Assembly (NCBI GenBank): GCA_043812455.1
Contig: JBDRMB010000029.1
Coordinates: 8,303-72,302 of the forward strand
Length of the DNA: 64,000 nt
Source of the DNA: an archaeon
GTDB taxonomy: Archaea > Nanobdellota > Nanobdellia > Woesearchaeales > GW2011-AR9
Direction: 5' to 3'
Below are positions 8,691 to 18,658 of the stretch, one piece after another (the first letter of the stretch is position 1; every line of letters begins with the position of its first letter). The notes under the pieces were generated by a model. It did no database searches, was not told where the DNA came from, and was given only the letters and a program-made list of their open reading frames with translations. Position numbers and translations under genes: made by a program.

Positions 8691-9695
8691 GTGATTCCTA
8701 TGATAAATGTTGCAATTAATGGCTTTGGAAGAATCGGCCGGAACATTTTCCGAGCTGCATATAAAGATAAAAAAATCAATTTTGTGGCAGTAAACGACCT
8801 TACTGATCCAAGCTGCTTAGCATACTTACTAAAATACGATTCTGCCCATGGCAGATTTCCAGAAAAAGTTACCAGCACTCAAAGTTCTCTTAAAATAGGT
8901 AACAAAACTTTGAAAGTCTTTGCACAAAAAGATCCTGAACAATTACCTTGGAAAGAATTAAAGATTGATGTTGTAATTGAAAGTACTGGATTTTTCTTGA
9001 CAAAAGAACTAGCAAGCAAACATCTTAAAGCCGGAGCAAAAAAAGTCTTATTATCAGCACCTGCAAAAGATGATGCCATCAAAACTTTTGTGTATGGAGT
9101 TAATCACAAAAAATATAACAAAAAAACTGACCATATTGTAAGTAACGCTTCCTGTACAACTAACTGCTTAGCACCAGTAGCAATGGTCCTTGACAAAAAG
9201 TTTGGTATCACATCCGGACTCCTAACGACAACTCACGCTTATACCTCAACACAACGGATAGTTGACGGTCCAGCAAAGAAATTTAGAAGAGGACGAGCGG
9301 CTGGAGTAAATATGGTACCTACCACAACCGGAGCAGCAATTGCAACTACCAAAGTTTTGCCAAACTTAATCGGAAAAATTGATGGCCGAGCAATCAGAGT
9401 ACCAATAGTTGACGGTTCGATTTCAGACTTTACTTGCCAATTGAAAAAATCTGTAACTACAGAACAAGTTAATCAGGCATTCAAAGATGCTGCGATGAAA
9501 GAACTGAAAGGTGTACTTGAATATACTGAAGAGGAACTAGTTTCAAGCGACATTCTCAGCAACCCTTATTCCGCAATCCTAGACAGCAAATTGACCAAAG
9601 TAATTAACAAGAACATGGTAAAAGTTTTTGCTTGGTATGATAATGAATGGGGTTATAGTAATAGAATGATTGACATGGTTAAGTGGATTGCTTGA
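8691..9695 (+). CDS. gap: Type I (bacterial-type) glyceraldehyde-3-phosphate dehydrogenase
   Basis: INGFGRIGR, ASCTTNCLAP, WYDNEWGY. Confidence 0.97.
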   Translation: MIPMINVAINGFGRIGRNIFRAAYKDKKINFVAVNDLTDPSCLAYLLKYDSAHGRFPEKVTSTQSSLKIGNKTLKVFAQKDPEQLPWKELKIDVVIESTGFFLTKELASKHLKAGAKKVLLSAPAKDDAIKTFVYGVNHKKYNKKTDHIVSNASCTTNCLAPVAMVLDKKFGITSGLLTTTHAYTSTQRIVDGPAKKFRRGRAAGVNMVPTTTGAAIATTKVLPNLIGKIDGRAIRVPIVDGSISDFTCQLKKSVTTEQVNQAFKDAAMKELKGVLEYTEEELVSSDILSNPYSAILDSKLTKVINKNMVKVFAWYDNEWGYSNRMIDMVKWIA

Positions 9696-11582
9696 TCATT
9701 CAAAAAATATTCTTTTTATTCCTTTTAATTTTAATAACCTATTAACAAGAACTTCAATAAGTTCCATTTCTTTAGGTACAATTACAAAAGAACATTCAGA
9801 ATCTTGACCAAGAAGTTTAGCTTTCGCTTCCCGGACTTCAAACTTAGCATTGACAATGGTATGCAACAAGTCTGCTAATAATCCTGACCGGTTTCCTGCA
9901 ACTACATAAAATTTGAAATTTTTGCTAAGAGTATCTTTCCAACTTACTTTGACCCATCGTTCTTCCTCTTTTTCAATTTGCTCACACTCTTTTTTATGTA
10001 CAGAAATCAATCTTCTTTTAGTAACCAAACCTACAATTTCATCACAAGGAACAGGATAACAACATCTCGCTAGAACACAAGAGGCCTGCTTAAATTCGGG
10101 GGAATATACCAAAGTTTCGTACTCTTCCATAACTTGTGGTTTTAAGATCCGATAATGTAATGCTGGTAATTTTTGATATTTCTTCACACCTTTCCTGATT
10201 TTTTGTTTAGCTCTAGATGAGATCACAAATTTAAGCCAGTTACGTCTTGGCAACTGTTTCTTAGAAGTTAAGACTTCAATAACATCCCCTTTTTTTAATT
10301 GAGTACGTAACGGAACAAACTTACCATTTACATTAGCTCCGACAGTACGATTACCTACTTCTTCATGTACAATGTACGCAAAATCTAATACCGTTGCTCC
10401 CAACGGCAAGTATTTAACGTCACCTTTAGGGGTATAACAATAAATCTGATCATTGAAAACGTCAATCTTAACATTTTCCAGAAATTCCCTTGCACTGGCA
10501 TCTTTTTGAAGGCTGAGGATATCCTTCATCCACTCCATTCGTTTCTCAAAATCAAAATCAGATTTCAGACCTTTATATCTCCAGTGTGCAGCCAAACCTT
10601 CTTCTGCAATATCATCCATTTCTTTAGTTCTGATCTGTACTTCTAAGAACTTGTTACCTTTCCATTTCAGTGCAGTATGGATTGACTGATAACCGTTAGG
10701 TTTTGGATGAGAGATGTAATCTTTTAATCTTCCTTCAATCGGTTCAAAATTTTCGTGCAGAAAACCAAGTACTGCATAACAATCATTTATTGTTTTTACA
10801 ACTACTCTTATCCCTAAAAAATCATAAATGTCCTGTAACCGTTTTCCTTTCTTGACAACTTTTTTGTAAATACTGTAAATATGTTTAGACCTTCCTTTGA
10901 CGTCAATAAATTCAACATTTTTCAAGGATTTAATCTTATCAATAGCTTCATTAACATCATCATCTCGTTCTTCTCGTGAAGTTTCTAAAAAATCAGCAAT
11001 CTCTTGAAATTTTTTTCGATTGATTGCTTTGAAAGCCAGATCTTCCAGCTCAGTCCTGATTCTTTCCATCCCTAGACGATAAGCTAACGGAGCATAAATG
11101 TCAAGAACTTCTTGAGAAATTCTGATTTGTTCATCTTTAGGTAAGGCATCAATATCTCTTTGATTATCTAACTTATCAGCAAGTTTAATGAAAATAACTC
11201 GGACATCGTTCACTGTTGCCAAAAGCACTTTTCTAATCGTTTCTGCAGTAAGTTTAATGTTTCTTTTCCTGATGGTAGTTATTTCATCCACACCTTTAAC
11301 TAAAGAAAGAACATCCTGACCAAACTTTTCTTTAATTTCCTGATCGGTTTTATACTTACTTGTCCCATGTATGATTGCTGCCAAGATAAGTTCAGGAGCA
11401 GCACCATTTTCTGCTAATATTTTCGCTACGCGCAAACTATGATCAAAATAATCATCTCCAGCCAATCTTTTTTTATCGCTTAAGATTTCTCTAGCAAAAA
11501 TAATTCCTTCTTCAAACTTAGTGATATCTTTATCGGAATAATCTTTTGTGTCCAGAAATCGAAAGAATGATTGAATATCCAT
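9696..11582 (-). CDS. Long RelA/SpoT homolog (degenerate HD, synthetase, TGS, Cys-rich, ACT-like domains)
   Basis: IKLAD, YAPLAYRLG, GRSKHIYSIYKK, KPNGYQSIHT, EVQIRT, GLAAHWRYKG, TVLDFAY, LARCCYP; HD motif reads HG. Confidence 0.92.
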   Translation of the reverse strand: MDIQSFFRFLDTKDYSDKDITKFEEGIIFAREILSDKKRLAGDDYFDHSLRVAKILAENGAAPELILAAIIHGTSKYKTDQEIKEKFGQDVLSLVKGVDEITTIRKRNIKLTAETIRKVLLATVNDVRVIFIKLADKLDNQRDIDALPKDEQIRISQEVLDIYAPLAYRLGMERIRTELEDLAFKAINRKKFQEIADFLETSREERDDDVNEAIDKIKSLKNVEFIDVKGRSKHIYSIYKKVVKKGKRLQDIYDFLGIRVVVKTINDCYAVLGFLHENFEPIEGRLKDYISHPKPNGYQSIHTALKWKGNKFLEVQIRTKEMDDIAEEGLAAHWRYKGLKSDFDFEKRMEWMKDILSLQKDASAREFLENVKIDVFNDQIYCYTPKGDVKYLPLGATVLDFAYIVHEEVGNRTVGANVNGKFVPLRTQLKKGDVIEVLTSKKQLPRRNWLKFVISSRAKQKIRKGVKKYQKLPALHYRILKPQVMEEYETLVYSPEFKQASCVLARCCYPVPCDEIVGLVTKRRLISVHKKECEQIEKEEERWVKVSWKDTLSKNFKFYVVAGNRSGLLADLLHTIVNAKFEVREAKAKLLGQDSECSFVIVPKEMELIEVLVNRLLKLKGIKRIFFE

Positions 11583-11627
11583 AACAAGAGTTATTGGCTT
11601 AGATAATAAAAAACTTTCTCAAAGTGT

Positions 11628-11789
11628 GGGTGTGTTCCAAGAGTCCACCAGCATCAGTCAAAATGCCTTCCAATTAAACATTAAGTGCGTCGCGAGGGGA
11701 TGCTCCCTACGGGAACGCAGCACAAACAACTTAAGAAGTAAGCATTTTGAAGCTGGTGGTCGAGCGCCAGCGAGATTTGGAACACATCC
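11628..11789. mobile_element. 162-bp foldback MITE-like element
   Basis: Terminal inverted repeat GGGTGTGTTCCAA/TTGGAACACATCC (12/13); nested stems CCACCAGC/GCTGGTGG and TCAAAATGC/GCATTTTGA; central CGTCGCGAGGGGATGCTCCCTACGGGAACGCAG. Confidence 0.7.
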
Positions 11790-11880
11790 GTTAAGTGCGA
11801 AAGTTTTAAATACAATTTACCTAAAGAACTACTTCAAAGTGGGAACTTATAAGTTAAAATTAAGAAATCAGCAAGAAGGT

Positions 11881-12522
11881 ATGTTCAAAGCAGTAATTAA
11901 ATCTATTATTGATGATGTCACTCACAATTATGTTAGAGGAATGCCTTTAGAGTTACTTCCAGAAGGAAGGCTAACTTACGTACCCCAATCTCCAGCGATG
12001 ATAGAAATTACCGGTGCTGAAAGTTCAGGAACATTATCTTTAAACGTAACTCATCGGAATTATCATAATGCCTATGAAGAATTAAGATGGGTAAAAGATC
12101 TTGTCATTGATGACATTGTAACTTTGTTTGAAAAGATAGAAGAGTTTGATGGTGCTTTAGATTACTTAAATCGTAAACCAGATAATTCAAAAACTTTTGG
12201 TTATGAATTTGATCTTAATAGTTGTCAACTAAGAAGTGCAGCAGAATATTTTGGCGAATTTGACCAACCAGGTTGGCGATGGTCAGAAAATAGAAGATAT
12301 CTCATTGAAGGTGAAAAGTTAGCTGGTCAAATGTCTTTGATCAGACCAGCTTACAAATATTTAGCTATAGTTTTAAGTGAATTAGAATCCCAATTTCGTC
12401 ATCACCAAACAACTACCAGTGATCAAAGAAAAATTGAACCATTCCTAAAGGTTTTACAAAGAATAAAAGATCCAAGAAACAAAGCTAAAACAATCAAAAA
12501 CCTTAGCAGAAGATTAAGTTAA
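11881..12522 (+). CDS. Hypothetical protein (start revised to MFKAVIK)
   Basis: The track ORF from 11626 reads through the foldback element; ATG 11881 follows GAAGGT. Confidence 0.6.
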   Translation: MFKAVIKSIIDDVTHNYVRGMPLELLPEGRLTYVPQSPAMIEITGAESSGTLSLNVTHRNYHNAYEELRWVKDLVIDDIVTLFEKIEEFDGALDYLNRKPDNSKTFGYEFDLNSCQLRSAAEYFGEFDQPGWRWSENRRYLIEGEKLAGQMSLIRPAYKYLAIVLSELESQFRHHQTTTSDQRKIEPFLKVLQRIKDPRNKAKTIKNLSRRLS

Positions 12523-12524
12523 AA

Positions 12525-13556
12525 ATGAGACCAATAATTTCCAGATATCTTTCAAGTATTGCATTTATGGCTGCTTTAGCTCTAAGTCCAGGTTGTAATA
12601 AAGGTCCAGACTTTGAAACCAAACCAATAGAAATTATTGCAGATGCTGAAGAACAATTAGAAGATCTTTTACCAACAGAATGCCAAGGACGAACAACTGA
12701 ATACTTGCTTACTGAACAGGTTCTTCTTACTTTAAGAAAAAGTCCAAGAATAAGTGCAACCAAAGTTGGAGATGTTGAAAGATTTGATACATTAGAATTA
12801 TGTTCCAATGAGGAAAAGGAAGGTTGGCACGTCATCAGGAAAAATGGTACTGAAGGTTGGGCAGAGTTTGCTTTAGATGATATAGTCTTAAGTGAATGTC
12901 AAGGCCAAGATATATACATTGTTTCAAACAGTGCAAGAAATGGAATCACAATTTACGATAAAGCATATGGTAGTAAAGTATTAACCTATTTTAATCCTAG
13001 AGAAGTTTTCACTGCATGTGATAATATCACAGGTGGCGGAAGAAGAATGATAAAATTAAAAAGTGGGTCTATAGCATGGGCAAATATTGAACCAGGTTCA
13101 ATAATTGAGAAAGGTAAATTTGATAGAAGAATAGCTAATAACGTACTGATACCAAATCATGTTCGATTATATGAAAATAGTGAATCAAAAATCAGAACAT
13201 TCAAATTCTGCCAAACGAACAATATTGAGTGTGGTTATGATGACGGGTTTAATGTTGGAGATACTGTTTATTTTCAATTTAATTTTTTAGCTGATACTCC
13301 AGGAAGAAGAGTAGACTTAACTAAAAATTATAGAGTAATTAATCCTGAAGGAGAAATTATACGCGATTTTTCATCACAAGGTAAAATATATCAATTTCTT
13401 AGCCAGGATGATAATCATGGTTTTTCTAATATTCTAGTTGGTGGTAATAATTTTACATTAAGTTCTGACAGTATCCCGGGAACATATTTTTTAGTGGTTA
13501 CAATTAAAGATCACAATAATAAATATTATTTTCAAGAAGCTTTTGTTGTAAAATAA
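12525..13556 (+). CDS. Lipoprotein-like protein with two SH3b-like repeats and a C-terminal Cys-containing Ig-like domain
   Basis: LALSPG-C lipobox-like site; LTLRKSP...GWHVIRKNGTEGWA and ITIYDKA...KLKSGSIAWA; C-terminal FKFC..NYRVINPEG..PGTYFLVV. Paralog of 50912. Confidence 0.65.
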   Translation: MRPIISRYLSSIAFMAALALSPGCNKGPDFETKPIEIIADAEEQLEDLLPTECQGRTTEYLLTEQVLLTLRKSPRISATKVGDVERFDTLELCSNEEKEGWHVIRKNGTEGWAEFALDDIVLSECQGQDIYIVSNSARNGITIYDKAYGSKVLTYFNPREVFTACDNITGGGRRMIKLKSGSIAWANIEPGSIIEKGKFDRRIANNVLIPNHVRLYENSESKIRTFKFCQTNNIECGYDDGFNVGDTVYFQFNFLADTPGRRVDLTKNYRVINPEGEIIRDFSSQGKIYQFLSQDDNHGFSNILVGGNNFTLSSDSIPGTYFLVVTIKDHNNKYYFQEAFVVK

Positions 13557-13557
13557 T

Positions 13558-14949
13558 CTATTCATAATATTCACTTTTCTTGATTACCCAATTAACATAT
13601 TCTGCTTTGATAACTTTACCATCATTATTAACATCAAGATCACTATTCTTGCTATAAGCATCAGAACCTCGAGAAAATAAAACATAATCATCATTTTCTC
13701 CAACAGCATTTGGCCAGATTACTGCCATAGCAACATCACCTAAATCCTGCCCATCAAAGTTTGGATGGTGTTCTTTGATATCAACATAATATTTTTTAAC
13801 ATATTCTAACTGTTGAATTGCTGTCATACCTGATAAGATGCTAGTCGTTGTATCTAGGCCTTTAGCTGTACTTTCAACAAACTGAATTAAACCAACAGCA
13901 CTACTTCCGGGATTTTTTGCTGTCGGACTGAAAGTTCCTCCTGTTTCAAATTTCATTACTGCCAATAAATGTACAGGATTAATGTCAAGCTCTCCACAGA
14001 TTTCATTCAATTTGTCAATAAACCCAAGTTGATTATCAGTTAGATTATTCATATCTTCTTCCAATGTTCCGGAGTATACATTAACTTCAGAACTTAACAC
14101 TACAACATCTTCTGTTTTGCCAGTATAAATATTTTCAAAAGATTTCCAAGTAGATCTTACTGGATCCCAAACGGTATCTTCAGTCCCAATTATATTTGCT
14201 ACAGAAAGCCAGACCCTATCAAGTTCTTGACAAGTTTCCTGATTTTTACAATTTTCCTGTCCGGCAGATATTGTTGCACCAGCGATTTTGTTAACATCCC
14301 TATCAGCAGCAGTATTCCCACTTCTCTGCACTGAAGATTCTAACTTATCTCCAGTAGTGGTTTCTGGTGTTTCACTTGAAGTTATTTGTTCAGTTTCAGT
14401 ATAACCAAGACAAGGTGTTTCAGTTAAACTAAATGGATGGTACCCTTCTCCAACATAAAACTCATAGTCAGGAACTTCATAAACTGCAAATACCTTACTC
14501 TTATAGGTATTTTCTGTTTGTGCCGCAGGTTCAGATTCTACAAAACCTTCATTAAGATAAGAAAAATCAGCAATAAAACCGGTATTACCTAATTCTAAAC
14601 ATATTTCTGCTAACTGTTCTGTTGAAAATTCAGAATCCATTGGATAAATTATAGTATTATCAAGAAACTCACTACAATCATAATAGTTCCCATAAAGATA
14701 ATATTTGCCTACTTCTTGGCCTGCAACTTCTAAAAGTACATAATTATAATACCAACCAGAGCCATCTTCTTCATTAATTACCATTAAATATTTGCCATTT
14801 TCTACATGTTTAAAACAACCATTATCAGCCACACCATTCAGATCGTCATCAGTATAAAGAGTATCACTATAACTCAGAACCAGCATCGGAATAACTAGTA
14901 AAGAAAAAAGAACCATGGCCGACTTTCTGTTAATTTTGTTAAATTTCAT
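13558..14949 (-). CDS. Secreted protein with C-terminal lysozyme-like/lytic transglycosylase domain and EF-hand-like loop
   Basis: N-terminal signal/TM; LLAVMKFETGGTFSP..NPGSSAVGLIQF (candidate catalytic Glu plus GLIQ); QQLEYVKKY; DVNNDGKVIKAE. Confidence 0.85.
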   Translation of the reverse strand: MKFNKINRKSAMVLFSLLVIPMLVLSYSDTLYTDDDLNGVADNGCFKHVENGKYLMVINEEDGSGWYYNYVLLEVAGQEVGKYYLYGNYYDCSEFLDNTIIYPMDSEFSTEQLAEICLELGNTGFIADFSYLNEGFVESEPAAQTENTYKSKVFAVYEVPDYEFYVGEGYHPFSLTETPCLGYTETEQITSSETPETTTGDKLESSVQRSGNTAADRDVNKIAGATISAGQENCKNQETCQELDRVWLSVANIIGTEDTVWDPVRSTWKSFENIYTGKTEDVVVLSSEVNVYSGTLEEDMNNLTDNQLGFIDKLNEICGELDINPVHLLAVMKFETGGTFSPTAKNPGSSAVGLIQFVESTAKGLDTTTSILSGMTAIQQLEYVKKYYVDIKEHHPNFDGQDLGDVAMAVIWPNAVGENDDYVLFSRGSDAYSKNSDLDVNNDGKVIKAEYVNWVIKKSEYYE

Positions 14950-14951
14950 TT

Positions 14952-16775
14952 TTAATTTATACCCTTAACAACATCGCAATATCCTTCCCGACTGGTGTAC
15001 CTTGAATATTCATAAGGATTATCCGAGATTTCACAATTATCCTTAAACTCAAACCAACTGGTAGAACCATATTCAAAATGCCAGGTTTCTCCAGTATATC
15101 TCACCCAACCTTTACTGTACATGAAATTGTATAATTCTTCCCGTGGCAACTGCTTGCCACTTGAATCTCTTAACTGGATATCTACTGCAGACCCACTTAA
15201 ATGAGGGCAACTAGTGTAAGGGTCTGAACCAGTTGGATCACAAACTAAATCGGAATTGTGATACTGGTTCGAGTCGGAACAACCTTCCCAGAAATAATAT
15301 TGACCATACAAATTTCTATAAGCATAAGACACATAAATATTTTTCCCTTGAGTAGCAACCTCTTTGCCAACCGCTTCTAAAGCTGACCTCAAGTCAGATG
15401 TCCCATAACATGCCACTCCGCTTCCGCAAGTAATTCCATCTAACCCTTCAAGACTAACAAATCTTCTTTCAACAGCTTCTTGAGTTTCGTACGCTCGTCC
15501 TGCTCTTAAATAATCACAATCAAGACTTTCAGGAACAGCACTTAAATCAAAAGATGTGGGTGGTGAAGGTCCAGTAACACTCGAAGTGGTTGGACTGTAC
15601 TCAATTTGCCCATACAATTCATCCCAAGTTTTCCAAGCACCGCCCTCTGGTCCGAAACCCCAATACTTTTCACTGTTACTAGAAGATATTGCACCAGAGA
15701 TTAAACCCCACACTTTATCAAGTTCTTCACAAGTATCTTGATATTTGCAAGATTGAGCATAAACTTGTATTACTGCACCTGAACCTCGGTTAGTTACATA
15801 AGTCCCCACAACATTACCAGACTGCCATGATATTGACATTGTACCAATATCTTCATGATACATGTCCAGTGGCAGATAATTAATATTTGGATCAAAACTC
15901 TGTGCTACTGCAGGATCAAAATCAGTTATCCCTAATTCATTTTCAATAAAACTTTTAGTATTATCATAAGGATCAGGCATATATCCAAATCTAACCGGAT
16001 AACTTATCAAAAGATTTAATTCAACATTAGGATTATCTTTCACGTAACTGTTCCAAACAGATTCAGTTTGACTACCATAATCTGCATCTGAAAAAACCAC
16101 TCGGTCAACACCAATCTCAGCCATATCCCCATAAGATGCTGCTCTTCTTAACGCTGAACCACCAGCACTATGACCAATCATTGAAATTCTTCCAGAAGGA
16201 ATTTGTTGAACTCCTGATAATTGCCCAATTATTCCAATCACTTCATCATTTAGTTTACCTAAATCAGAATCTTGGCTGTTCCATACCAATGCATACTGTG
16301 AATCTACATGTCTTACTCCCCCTTCATCACCAGCAGACCATGGCAGTTCAGGGAAAATTATTACAAAATTTCTATTATCATCAATCATCTGTTTAATTTG
16401 TGGGGCTAACCGTTTATTGAAATCGTCATATTGATTAGTTCCGTCAGCATAATAAAACCCTTCAATACCATGAAAAAAATAAATTTTTTCAACACTTTTA
16501 GTGAAGTCAATATTGCTAGGAACAAAAATTATTGTCAATCTTCCAGCAGTACTTAACAGATAATTTTCATTAGCACCATTATTAGAAGAAACTCCGATCC
16601 AAGTCTTTCCGCAAACACTATCATCAGTTAAAGCCTTTTCCCATTCAGACAGATAAGTGTTCAAACGAGAATTGCTAGTTCCAGTCTCAGATTCTAAGCA
16701 ACCAGCACTAATAACACTACTACTTAACATAACCAAAAAAACAACTACAATCAAAACCAACAAAACTTTCCTCAT
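14952..16775 (-). CDS. Secreted alpha/beta hydrolase fused to an M15 (VanX/VanY-like) D-Ala-D-Ala metallopeptidase
   Basis: Signal peptide; FFHG and GHSAGG nucleophile elbow; [16 protein letters not shown] (HxxGxAxD) and ETWH (ExxH). Confidence 0.85.
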   Translation of the reverse strand: MRKVLLVLIVVVFLVMLSSSVISAGCLESETGTSNSRLNTYLSEWEKALTDDSVCGKTWIGVSSNNGANENYLLSTAGRLTIIFVPSNIDFTKSVEKIYFFHGIEGFYYADGTNQYDDFNKRLAPQIKQMIDDNRNFVIIFPELPWSAGDEGGVRHVDSQYALVWNSQDSDLGKLNDEVIGIIGQLSGVQQIPSGRISMIGHSAGGSALRRAASYGDMAEIGVDRVVFSDADYGSQTESVWNSYVKDNPNVELNLLISYPVRFGYMPDPYDNTKSFIENELGITDFDPAVAQSFDPNINYLPLDMYHEDIGTMSISWQSGNVVGTYVTNRGSGAVIQVYAQSCKYQDTCEELDKVWGLISGAISSSNSEKYWGFGPEGGAWKTWDELYGQIEYSPTTSSVTGPSPPTSFDLSAVPESLDCDYLRAGRAYETQEAVERRFVSLEGLDGITCGSGVACYGTSDLRSALEAVGKEVATQGKNIYVSYAYRNLYGQYYFWEGCSDSNQYHNSDLVCDPTGSDPYTSCPHLSGSAVDIQLRDSSGKQLPREELYNFMYSKGWVRYTGETWHFEYGSTSWFEFKDNCEISDNPYEYSRYTSREGYCDVVKGIN

Positions 16776-18037
16776 CTTTCACTCATGAACCTCTCAATAC
16801 GCAAAAGTTGATTATACTTAGCAGTCCGCTCCCCTCTACAAGGTGCACCAGCTTTAATCTGACCGCAACCAATACCAACTGCAAGATCAGCAATAAAAGG
16901 GTCAGTAGTCTCGCCACTTCTGTGAGACACCATCACTTGCCATTTGTTATCGTAAGCCATCCGTACAGCATCAAGAGCTTCAGATAAAGTTCCAATCTGA
17001 TTAACTTTCATCAACAGACAATTGCAGCTGTCTTCTTTGATTGCAATTTCAATCCGATTAACGTTAGTTACAGTAAGATCGTCGCCAACAACTTGTACTT
17101 CTTTATCTGCAAAATCTTCGCTCAACCTTTTCCTAAGCTTAGCAAAACTTTTGAAATCTTCTTGCTGGAAGGGATCTTCGATTGAAACTATTGGATATTT
17201 TCCAACCAACTGCAAATAATAATCTATTAATTGGTCAGCACTTTTCTTCCTAGGCAGTTTGTAATAACCACCACGACCACGTTTAACAAAAAATTCCGAA
17301 GCTGCTGCGTCCATGGCAATATCAACATAACCGGTATGACCTGCCTTAGCAATAGCAGTCTTTAACAATTCCAATGCTTCTTCAGCTTTCTTAACCGGTG
17401 GAACAAATCCGCCTTCATCACCAACATTGGCAGCATTCTTACCGTACTTCTTTTCAATAACTTTTTTCAAATGATGATATATCTCAGAACCCATCCGTAA
17501 AGCTTCACTAAACTTATCTGCTCGCGGTGAAATCATAAATTCTTGAAATCTAAGAAAACCTTCGGCATGTTTTCCACCATTGATTACGTTAAAGAATGGT
17601 CTTGGCATTAACAGTTCATTATCTCTTGACAAAAGATTGTTAATATATTCTGGCAAAGTTAAGTTATAATAATCAGCACCTGCACGTGCACATGCTAAAC
17701 TAATACCCAAAGTTGCGTTTGCACCTAATTTTGATTTATTGGTTGTTCCATCCAACTTGATCATGAAATCATCAATTTCACGCTGTCTGAATACTTCAAC
17801 TCCAATAAGTTTTGGAGCAATTTTCTTTTCAACATTTTTTACGGCATTCAATACACCTTTACCAAGATACCTGCTTCCACCGTCACGCAATTCCAGATCT
17901 TCATGTACACCAGTTGAAGCTCCGCTAGGTACTGCTGCAGAAAACTTACCATCAGTTGTGATAACATCCACTTCAATAGTAGGATTGCCTCTACTATCAA
18001 GAATTTCCATTGCTTTAATTTCTTTTATTATCGCCAT
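16772..18037 (-). CDS. eno: Enolase
   Basis: [39 protein letters not shown]. Confidence 0.97.
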   Translation of the reverse strand: MAIIKEIKAMEILDSRGNPTIEVDVITTDGKFSAAVPSGASTGVHEDLELRDGGSRYLGKGVLNAVKNVEKKIAPKLIGVEVFRQREIDDFMIKLDGTTNKSKLGANATLGISLACARAGADYYNLTLPEYINNLLSRDNELLMPRPFFNVINGGKHAEGFLRFQEFMISPRADKFSEALRMGSEIYHHLKKVIEKKYGKNAANVGDEGGFVPPVKKAEEALELLKTAIAKAGHTGYVDIAMDAAASEFFVKRGRGGYYKLPRKKSADQLIDYYLQLVGKYPIVSIEDPFQQEDFKSFAKLRKRLSEDFADKEVQVVGDDLTVTNVNRIEIAIKEDSCNCLLMKVNQIGTLSEALDAVRMAYDNKWQVMVSHRSGETTDPFIADLAVGIGCGQIKAGAPCRGERTAKYNQLLRIERFMSER

Positions 18038-18078
18038 TTAACTACCTACTTACCACCCAAATTAACAAAATTTTATTT

Positions 18079-18651
18079 TTAATATGAAACAACGATCACA
18101 TCAAATGTTTTTGAATAAACTACTTCTTTCTCTAACATAGGATTTTCTATCACTAAATCTAAAGTATAAGTTCCAGGATAATCTTCATTGGAAAGAATGA
18201 AATAATCTGAATAGTAAACTGTTTCTTCATCTTTGTTACTAGTAGTTTCATAATAATAATTGTTTTCTTCTTCAACTTCTAACAATACTTTTCCGGAAGG
18301 ACTAATTAACCGATAATTTTCCACTAAGATGATATCCCCATAATAAGGTGTGGTTAAAACTTCAAAAAAGAAATGAACTTCATCACCTGGAAGAAAATTT
18401 AAAGCAGCAGTATTACACCCAGTAGCACTGCTATATTCATCACAAAACTTGAAATTTTGGATCACAACATTGCCACCACGACCAAAAGGCATGAATTCTG
18501 TATTGAGCATACTTGCACCAGTGTTAGAAGTTTGAGTTTCTTCTACGTTCAATAATCCTAACTTAACTAGTCCAAACACTGCTGCACTAGTTAACACCAC
18601 TGTAACTAAGACTACCAATGCTTCTTTTGCAATTGTTGCTTTTTTGTTCAT
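18079..18651 (-). CDS. Pilin-like membrane protein with Cys-containing Ig-like domain (start revised to MNKKATI)
   Basis: MNKKA followed by a hydrophobic helix; FKFC..NYRLISPSG..PGTYTL domain shared with 12525 and 50912. The track start overlaps the upstream gene. Confidence 0.7.
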   Translation of the reverse strand: MNKKATIAKEALVVLVTVVLTSAAVFGLVKLGLLNVEETQTSNTGASMLNTEFMPFGRGGNVVIQNFKFCDEYSSATGCNTAALNFLPGDEVHFFFEVLTTPYYGDIILVENYRLISPSGKVLLEVEEENNYYYETTSNKDEETVYYSDYFILSNEDYPGTYTLDLVIENPMLEKEVVYSKTFDVIVVSY

Positions 18652-18658
18652 TTTTAAT

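Noticed and set aside
11626..11880. N-terminal 85 aa of the track ORF 11626..12522
   Set aside because: Reads through the foldback element; ATG 11881 is the more plausible start.
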